Assembly (NCBI GenBank): GCA_964648415.1
Contig: CAZYOC010000001.1
Coordinates: forward strand, 1-53,394
Length of the DNA: 53,394 nt
Reading direction: 5' to 3'
DNA from: an uncultured bacterium
GTDB taxonomy: Bacteria > Electryoneota > Electryoneia > Electryoneales > Electryoneaceae
Shown here: piece by piece, positions 33,101 through 42,100 of the stretch
Position numbering within the stretch: position 1 is the first letter of the stretch
How the letters are laid out: each line of letters opens with the position of its first letter
Notes under the pieces: generated by a model
What the model was told of the DNA's origin: nothing
Seen by the model: only the letters and a program-made list of their open reading frames with translations
Database searches by the model: none
Program-made: the position numbers and the translations under genes

Positions 33101-36100
33101 GCTGGGAAGAGACCACTGATCCGGACGGAGAAGAGGTCAGCTACGAAGTCTACATCAGCACGGTGCAGGGCTTCATCGGTACACGTGTCGCCAGCGGCCT
33201 GACCGGCGCGACCTATATCCACACCGGCGTAACAGGCGAGACGTACTTCTGGACCGTGCGCGCGGTGGATCCCAACGGCGACGCCACCCAGTCGACCGAG
33301 ACCTGGGCTTTCAGCATCGACACCGACAACGCCAACGATCCCCCGGTAGCGTTCACCCTGGTCAGCCCGTTGAACGGCCACGTGTCGCCCTCACCCGATG
33401 TGCTGCTCACCTGGAACGGCGCCACCGACCCGGAAGGCGGAGATGTTGAGTATGACGTGTATGTCAGCACTGTGCCGGGCTTCCTGGGCGCACGTGTGGC
33501 GGCGGGCCTGAGCGGAACCAGCTACAGCTATACCGGCGTGGACGGGGAAACGTACTACTGGACGGTGGTCGCGGAAGATGTGGACGGCAACCGGACACAG
33601 GCGGACGAGACCTGGAGTTTCTCCATCGACGAGTCCCAAGCGACCACCCCGCCGACCGCCTTCTCGCTGACCAGCCCGGCCGACGGGTTCGCGTCGACCA
33701 ACTCCCTGGTCATCATGACCTGGAACGAATCGACCGATCCCGACGGCGGGAACGTGTCTTACGATGTCTACCTGAGCACTGTGGACGGTTTCATCGGCGT
33801 GCGGATGGCCACCGGCCTCAGCCTGCCGACTTACGCCTTCAACGGGACACCGGGCGAAACCTACTGGTGGACGGTGCGGGCGGTGGACGACAGCGGAGAA
33901 GAGACCCAGTCCAACGAAACCCGGTCCTTCAGCATTGACAATACGGTCACCGGGCAGCCGCCGGCAGCCTTCAGCCTGACCGCCCCGGACAGCGGCCATG
34001 TGTCGCCGGTGGAGACGGTCACCCTGAGCTGGGACGTCACCACCGACCCGGACGGCGATGCGGTCACCTACGATGTCTACGTGTCGGATGATCCGGTTGA
34101 CTTGGGTACGGCGGATGTAACCGGTCTGGCCGGAACCTCCTGGGACTTCACCGGGACCGACGGCGAGACATATTACTGGACGGTGCGGGCCTCCGACGGC
34201 AACGGCAACGACACTCAGGCAGGCGAGACCTGGAGCTTCAGCATCGACGCCAGCCTGCCGGGCGATCCGCCCAACGCGTTCGACCTGGCCAGTCCGGCCG
34301 ACGGCAGCACCGAGTTCTACCAGGACGTGCAGCTTGTCTGGAACAGCACCGACGATCCGGACGGCGATGCGGTGACGTATGATGTGTACGTGAGCGACGT
34401 GGACGGTTTCCTCGGCAGCCGCATCGCGCAGGATCTGACCGACACCACCGCGACCTTCACCGGCGTGGACGGGACACAGTACTGGTGGACCGTGCAGGCG
34501 GTGGACGCCACCGGCCGCAGCACCCAGGCGAACCAGACCTGGAGCTTTACCATCGACGTGAACTACCCAGTGGAGAGCTTCAGCCTGCTCGCCCCCGACA
34601 GCGGGTATGTCAGCGGCAACGAAGACGTGCTGCTGAGCTGGGAGCACGCGGTCGATCCGGAAGGCGAAGATGTCACCTACGATGTCTATGTGTCCACCGA
34701 CCCGGGCGACCTGGGAACGCCGGTGGCCGATGACCTCGCCGGGGCGTCGTACAGCTTCACCGGAACCGACGGCCAGACCTACTGGTGGACGGTGGAAGCG
34801 TGGGATGGCGATGTGGCGGTAACCCCCGCCGACCAGACCTGGAGCTTCAGTATCGACACCGGTACGGTCCCGCCGGGCAACGATCCGCCGAACGCGTTCA
34901 GCCTCGCCGGTCCCGACAGCGGCTTCGTATCGCCGGTGACCGACGTGCTGCTGAGCTGGGAAGCTTCCGCGGATCCCGACGGCGACGCTGTGACCTACGA
35001 TGTCTACCTGTCCCTCAGCGAGAGCTTCCTCGGTAGCCGCATCGCGAGTGGCCTGACCGAGACCAACTATACCTGTAGCAGCTCCGACGGCGATCAGTGG
35101 TACTGGACCATTGTCGCTTCCGACGAATACGACGCGACCACGCAATCGAGCGAAACCTGGAGCTTCAGCATCGACACCGGCGCCGTTCCGCCGGACAACG
35201 ATCCGCCGAACAGCTTCACTCTGGCTTCGCCCGACAGCGGCTTTATTTCGCCGGAGCAGGACGTGCTGCTGACCTGGAACCAGGCGATCGATCCTGACGG
35301 CGACGCGGTGACGTACGAAGTGTACGTGTCCATGGTGCAGGGCGACCTGGGAACTCGGGTCGCGGCGAACCTGACCGGAACCAGTTACAGCTATACCGGG
35401 ACCGACGGCGCGCTCCACTGGTGGACGGTGCGCGCTCTGGATTCCAACAACCAGGCGACTTTCGCCGATCAGACCTGGCGCTTCGGGGTCAACACCGGCT
35501 CCACGCCTCCGGGCAACGATCCGCCCAATGCCTTCAGCCTGGCGAGCCCGAGCGACGGTTTCGTGTCGCCGGTAACCGATGTGCTGCTGACCTGGAACCA
35601 GGCGACTGACCCGGACGGCGATGATGTGACCTACGAGGTCTACCTGTCCGCCGATCCGGCCTTTGTCGGAACCCGGATGGCGAGCGGCCTGACCGGAACC
35701 TCCTGGAACTTCAGCGGAACCGACGACGAGGAGTGGTACTGGACCATTCGTGCGCTGGATACGGAAGACCAGAGCAGGCTCTCGACCGAAACCTGGTCGT
35801 TCAGCATCGACACCGGCACGGTCCCGCCGGGCAACGACCCGCCGAACAGCTTCGCGCTGGTCGCGCCGGACAGCGGCCATGTGTCGCCGGACTTCAGTGT
35901 CAACCTGAGCTGGGAAACGGCGGTCGATCCGGATGACGATGAGGTGACCTACGATGTCTTCGTGTCCAGCGTCCAGGGCGAATTGGGAGCCCGTGTCGCG
36001 GCGGAACTGACCGGAACCAGCTTCGAGTACACCGGCATCGACGGGCAGCAGTACTGGTGGACGGTCAAAGCTTACGACTCGAACAACCTGCTGACCGACG

Positions 36101-39100
36101 CGGACCAGACCTGGAGCTTCAGCATCGACGCTGCGCAGGCCAACCAGCCGCCGCTGGCGTTCGACCTGACCAGCCCGGCCGACGGCTATCAGTCGCCCAT
36201 GAACAGCGTGGATCTTGCCTGGCAGACCACCACCGACCCGGAAGGCGACCCGGTGAGCTACGATGTCTACATCAGCACCGTGCAGGGCTTCCCGGGCACT
36301 CGCTTCGCGGCGAACCTGACGAATACGAACTACACCTTTGACGGCGTCAACGGCGAGACCTACTACTGGACCGTGATCGCCGCCGATGAGAGCAACAACG
36401 AAACCCAGTCGACCACGACCCGCAGCTTCAGCATCAACACGGATGTGGCCGGCGATCCGCCGGTGGCGTTCGATCTGGCCTCGCCCGACAGCGGGTATGT
36501 GTCGGTGGAGACCGATGTTGACCTGACCTGGAACGCAACGAGCGATCCCGACGGCGGCGCCGTGACCTACGATGTCTACGTGAGCGATGACCCGGCCTAC
36601 CTGGGTGTGCAAGTTGCGCAGAACCTGAGCGGCACATCATACATGCACACCGGCGCGGACGGCGATACGCTGTACTGGACCGTGCGGGCGTACGACGAAG
36701 ATGGTATGTGGACCCAGGCGAGTCAGACCTGGTCCTTCAGCATTGATAGCGACCTGCCCGGCAGCGCCCCGGCGGCGTTTGATCTGGCGGCTCCCGACAA
36801 CAACACTGTCTCCCCGGTGGAGACAGTCACGCTGAGCTGGAACGCGACCAGCGATCCCGACGGCGGCGACGTGACCTACGAGGTCTTCGTCTCCACGCAG
36901 CTCGGTTTCCTCGGTACGCGGCTGGCCTCCAACCTGGGCGCAACCAGCTACGAGTTCGCCGGCAGCGACGGCGACCAGTACTGGTGGACCATCCGCGCGG
37001 TGGACGAGGACGGCATGTGGACGCAGGCGAACCAGACCTGGACCTTCAGCATCGACGCTACGCAGGCCAGTCAGCCGCCGTTGGCGTTCAACCTGGCCGG
37101 TCCCGACAGCGGGTATACTTCGCCGGATACGGATGTTCTGTTGAGTTGGTTCGATTCAGCCGATCCCGACGGCGAAGATGTGGAATATGATGTCTACGTC
37201 TCAACCGTACAGGGCTTCCTGGGCACACGTGTGGCCGGCGATCTCGCGGCTGCCAGCTACACCTATACCGGCAGCGACGGTGAAACCTACTGGTGGACCG
37301 TGCTGGCGGTGGACGGGGACGGCATGCAGACCCAGGCGAACCAGACCTGGAGCTTCTCGGTTGATACCAGCGTTCCGGGCAACGCGCCCAACGCGTTCAG
37401 TCTGGACAGCCCCATCGACGGCAGCGTGGAAACCAGCACGGCGGTGGACCTGGCCTGGGATGCGACCACCGATCCCGACGGCGACGATGTCACCTACGAT
37501 GTTTACGTCAGCCAGGTGCTTGGCTTCCCGGGAACCCGGATCGCGGCCAATCTGACCGATTTGACGACGACCTTCAACGGCCAGGACGGCGAAACCTACT
37601 ACTGGATGGTCTACGCCAAGGATCCCGACGGTCACCAGACGCAGGCAAACCAGACCTGGAGCTTCAGCATCGACGCGGAGCAGGTGGGCGAAGCGCCGCT
37701 GGCGTTTGACCTCGCCGCACCCGATAGCGGATTTGTCGCGCCGGAGACGATGGTGGACTTGAGCTGGAACGCCACCACCGATCCCGACGGCGATGACGTC
37801 AGCTACGCGGTGTATGTCTCCACCACGCAAGGCGTGTTCGGAGCGCCCCTCGCCAGCGGTTTAACGGCGACGTCCTATTCCTTCACCGGGACCAACGGCC
37901 AGGCCTACTGGTGGAAGATCATCGCGTCCGACACCAACAACAACGATACCGAGTCGACTCAGAGCTGGAGCTTCTCCATCGACACCAGCGTACCGGGAAC
38001 CCCGCCGCTGGCGTTCGAGCTGACCGGCCCGGACAGCGGGATGACCTTCGGGCAGGAAGAGGTCAGCCTGAGCTGGCAGACCACGACCGACCCGGACGGC
38101 GGCGCGGTGGGCTACGATGTCTACGTGTCCACGGTCCAGGGCGAACTGGGTACGCGTGTCGCGAGCGACCTGGGCGGCGCAGGCTACGAGTTCGCCGGAA
38201 CCGACGGCGAAACGTATCACTGGACCGTGCGGGCGGTGGATGAAGACGGCATGTGGACGCAGGCCGACCAGACCTGGAGCTTCAGCATCGACATCGCGGT
38301 TCCGGGCGACGCGCCGGGCGCGTTCGACCTGGCCACGCCAGCCGACGGCAGCACCGAGGGAGGCGTGGACGTGGACCTGACGTGGAACGCCTCCACCGAC
38401 CCCGACGGCGACGATGTGACCTACGAGGTCTACGTCAGCGAGATCGAGGGCTTCCTCGGCCAGCGAGTGGCGTCGGATCTGACCGTCACCACCTGGACCT
38501 TCACCGGCGTGGATAACGGCGAGTACTGGTGGACCGTGCACGCGTCTGATCCAAGCGGCCACGTGACCGCCGCCAACCAGACCTGGGGCTTCGACATCTT
38601 CGTGCAGGAGCCGCCGTTGCCCTTCAGTCTGGTATCCCCCGACAGCGGCTACCAGTCCGCCGATACGCTGGTCACGCTGAGTTGGCAGACCACCAGCGAT
38701 CCCGACGGCGATGACGTGCTGTACGATGTCTACGTCAGCGGTGACCCCGGCGACCTGGGCGACGCGGTGGTGACCGACCTCGCGGGGACGTCGTACGAAT
38801 ACGACGCTGAACGCGACACCACGTTGTACTGGACAGTGTTCGCCAACGACGGCGCGGGCAACGAGACCCAGGCGAGTGAGACCTGGAGCTTCAGCATTGA
38901 CGCGGAAGCGGTGGGCAATCCGCCGGCCGCCTTCAGCCTCGCCGCGCCCGACAGCGGTTCCCTGTCGCCGTATACCGACGTGGACTTGAGCTGGTTCGAG
39001 TCGACCGATCCCGACGGCGACGCGGTGACCTACGATGTCTACATCAGCACGGTGGAAGGCTTCCTGGGGCAGCGTGTGGCGCAGGATCTGACCGTCACCT

Positions 39101-42100
39101 CATACACATACACCGGCGTTGAGGGCGAAACCTACTGGTGGACCATCAAGGCGGTGGATGTCAACGGCAACCAGACGCAATCGACCGAAACCTGGTCGTT
39201 TGAGATTGATACGGACGTGCCGGGCTTCCCGCCGGTGGCGTTCGGACTGACCGGCCCCGACAGCGGGTATGTGTCGGCGGTGGAAGATGTGCTGCTGAGC
39301 TGGGCCGCCTCGAGCGATCCGGAAGGCGGCGCGGTGACGTATGATGTGTATGTGAGCACCGACCCGGCGGACCTGGGAACGCGTGTCGCGCAGGACCTGA
39401 CCGGAACGTCGTACGAGTTCACCGGCAGCGACGCGCAGACCTACTACTGGACCGTGCGCGCGATGGATGTGGACGGGCTCTGGACGCAGGCAGACGAGAG
39501 CTGGTCCTTCAGCATTGATACGACGGTTCCGGGCGACGCGCCGGACGCCTTCAGCCTGCTGACCCCGGCGGACAACTTCCAGTCCGCCACGCTCGACGTG
39601 GCGATGACCTGGGAAGCGAGCAGCGATCCTGACGGCGGCGCGGTGACCTATGACGTCTACGTCAGCACCGACCCGCTCTTCCAGGGTACGCGTGTCGCGT
39701 CCGACCTGGCCGGAACGTCGTACCTCTACACCGGCGTGAACGGGCAAGAGTATTACTGGACCGTGCGCGCGGTGGACGAGGACGGCATGTGGACCGAGTC
39801 GAGCGAGACCTGGAGCTTCTCCATCAATACCGGCACGGTTCCGCCTCAGAATGAAGCGCCGCTGGCCTTCGATCTGGCCGGACCCGACAGCGGGTACGTC
39901 TCACTGATCACCGATGTGGACCTGAGCTGGTTCGAGGCGGTGGACCCGGACGGTGATGAAGTCAGCTACGATGTCTATATCTCACCGGTCGAAGGCTTCC
40001 TTGGCGAGTTGGTTGCAGAAGATCTGGAAGGCGCATCCTATAGCTTTGCAGGAACAGATGGTGAGCTGTACTGGTGGACGGTGATCGCGACCGACGAGAA
40101 CGGCCTCTGGACACAAGCGACTCAGCAGTGGAGCTTCAGTGTCGAGGAGACGGTAATCGGCAGCGAACCCAACGCCTTCAGCCTGGTCAGCCCGGCAGAC
40201 GGGGTAACCTTGAACGATCTCGCCGTCACCCTGCAGTGGAACTCGACCACCGACCCGGACGGCGACGATGTGACCTACGAAGTCTACGCCTCGACAGTGG
40301 ACGGCTTCCTGGGCACACGTCTCGCGGCGGGCCTGACCATCACGTCCTACGACCTGACCGCCAGCGATGACACCCAGTACTGGTGGACCATCCGCGCGGT
40401 GGACGAGGACGGCAACTGGACCCAGGCCAACGAGACCTGGACATTCAGCATCTTCGTGGAAGACCCACCGGGACCGTTTACCCTGGCCGCGCCGGACTCC
40501 GGCGACACCGTACGCACCACCACGGCGGAGCTGAGCTGGTTCGAGTCGGTGGACCCGGACGGCGACGAGGTGACCTACAGCCTGTACGTCAGCACCGACC
40601 CGGCCAACATGGGCGCAGCGGTGACGACGGACCATGCGCCGACCTCGTATGCTTACGATGGGACCGACGGGGAAACCTACTGGTGGACCGTAACCGCAAC
40701 GGACGAGAACGCCAACTCCACGGCGGCGACCGATACCTTCAGCTTCACCATCGACGCCACCGTGATCGGCAACCCGCCGGAAGCCTTCAGCCTGGCGGCG
40801 CCGGACAGCGGCGATGTGTTGCCGTATACCCAGATCGACCTGAGCTGGTTCGAGTCGTTCGATCAGGATGGGCAGGATGTCACCTATTCGGTGTACGTGT
40901 CCACGGTGGAAGGCTACCTGGGCACCCGGATGGCGGCCAACCTGACCGTGACTTCCTATACCTTCACCGGCCAGGACGGCGAAACGTACTGGTGGACGGT
41001 GCGGGCGGTGGATGAGGACGGCAACGTCACCCAGGCCGACGAGACCTGGAGTGTCAGCATCGACCTGTCCAACTTCAACGAACCGCCAACGCCCGTCGTG
41101 CTGGCCTCGCCGCAGGACGGCTCGCTGGTCGGCTTCGAAGAAGTGGACCTGACCTGGTTCTCTTCCACCGATCCCGACGGCGGCGATGTTCTTTACGATG
41201 TCTACGTGTCGCTGACCGAGGACAACCTGGGGACACGCTACGGCGAGAACCTGGCCGACACCCTGTACACCTTTGACGGTGTCGACGAGGTGACTTACTA
41301 CTGGACCGTGGTCGCCAGGGACGAGGACCACAACCAGACGAGCAGCGAAAACTGGGACTTCACAATCCATACGGCCGGCGTACCGAGCCCGTTCGCGCTG
41401 CTGTCGCCCGACGACGACGCGCATATCGACGACGACACGGTGACTGTGGCCTGGAGCGAATCTGTCGACCCGGACAATGGCGACCCGATCACGTACCACC
41501 TGGAAGTCTCCACCGATGCCCAGTTCCAGCCGTATGTCACCTATACCACAGCGGATCTGCAATACACCATCGCCAACTTTATGGGCCTCGCCGCGCGGAT
41601 CAACGGTATGAAGGATGAGCAACCGCAGCCGCGCGAGGATGGGCGTGTGGACTTCCGTCCCAGCGGTTCCTTCGGCAGTGTGCGTGTCAGTGGCTTGGGC
41701 GTCGCGTCGCCGGGCGGCGGCGACGAGCTGGATGAACTGCCGGACGACCTGACGCTGTACTGGCGGGTGCGGGCCTACGACAACGACAACCTGTATACCT
41801 ACGGCGATCCGGGCGAAAGCGGCCGCAGCTTCACCACCGACCAGGTGGAAGCGCCGGAAGCGTTCAGCCTGCTGAGCCCGTCCGAAGGCGACACCGTGTG
41901 GTCTTCCGAGACCCTGATGAGCTGGGAAGCCGCCACTGACCCGGACCCGTACGATACGCCTCACTACGATATCTGGCTGGATGACAGCAGCGACATGAGC
42001 GGCGCGTCGCTGGCAGCCGACAGCATCGCCGCCGACAGCTTCACCATGACCGGCCTGCTGGACGACCAGACCTACTGGTGGACGGTCCGCGCGACCGACA

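Noticed and set aside
16696-41382. Highly regular 300/309-nt periodicity that might look like a CRISPR-type or satellite array.
   Set aside because: The period is far too long for CRISPR. There is no repeat-spacer structure, and the whole stretch is one open reading frame with protein-level conservation.
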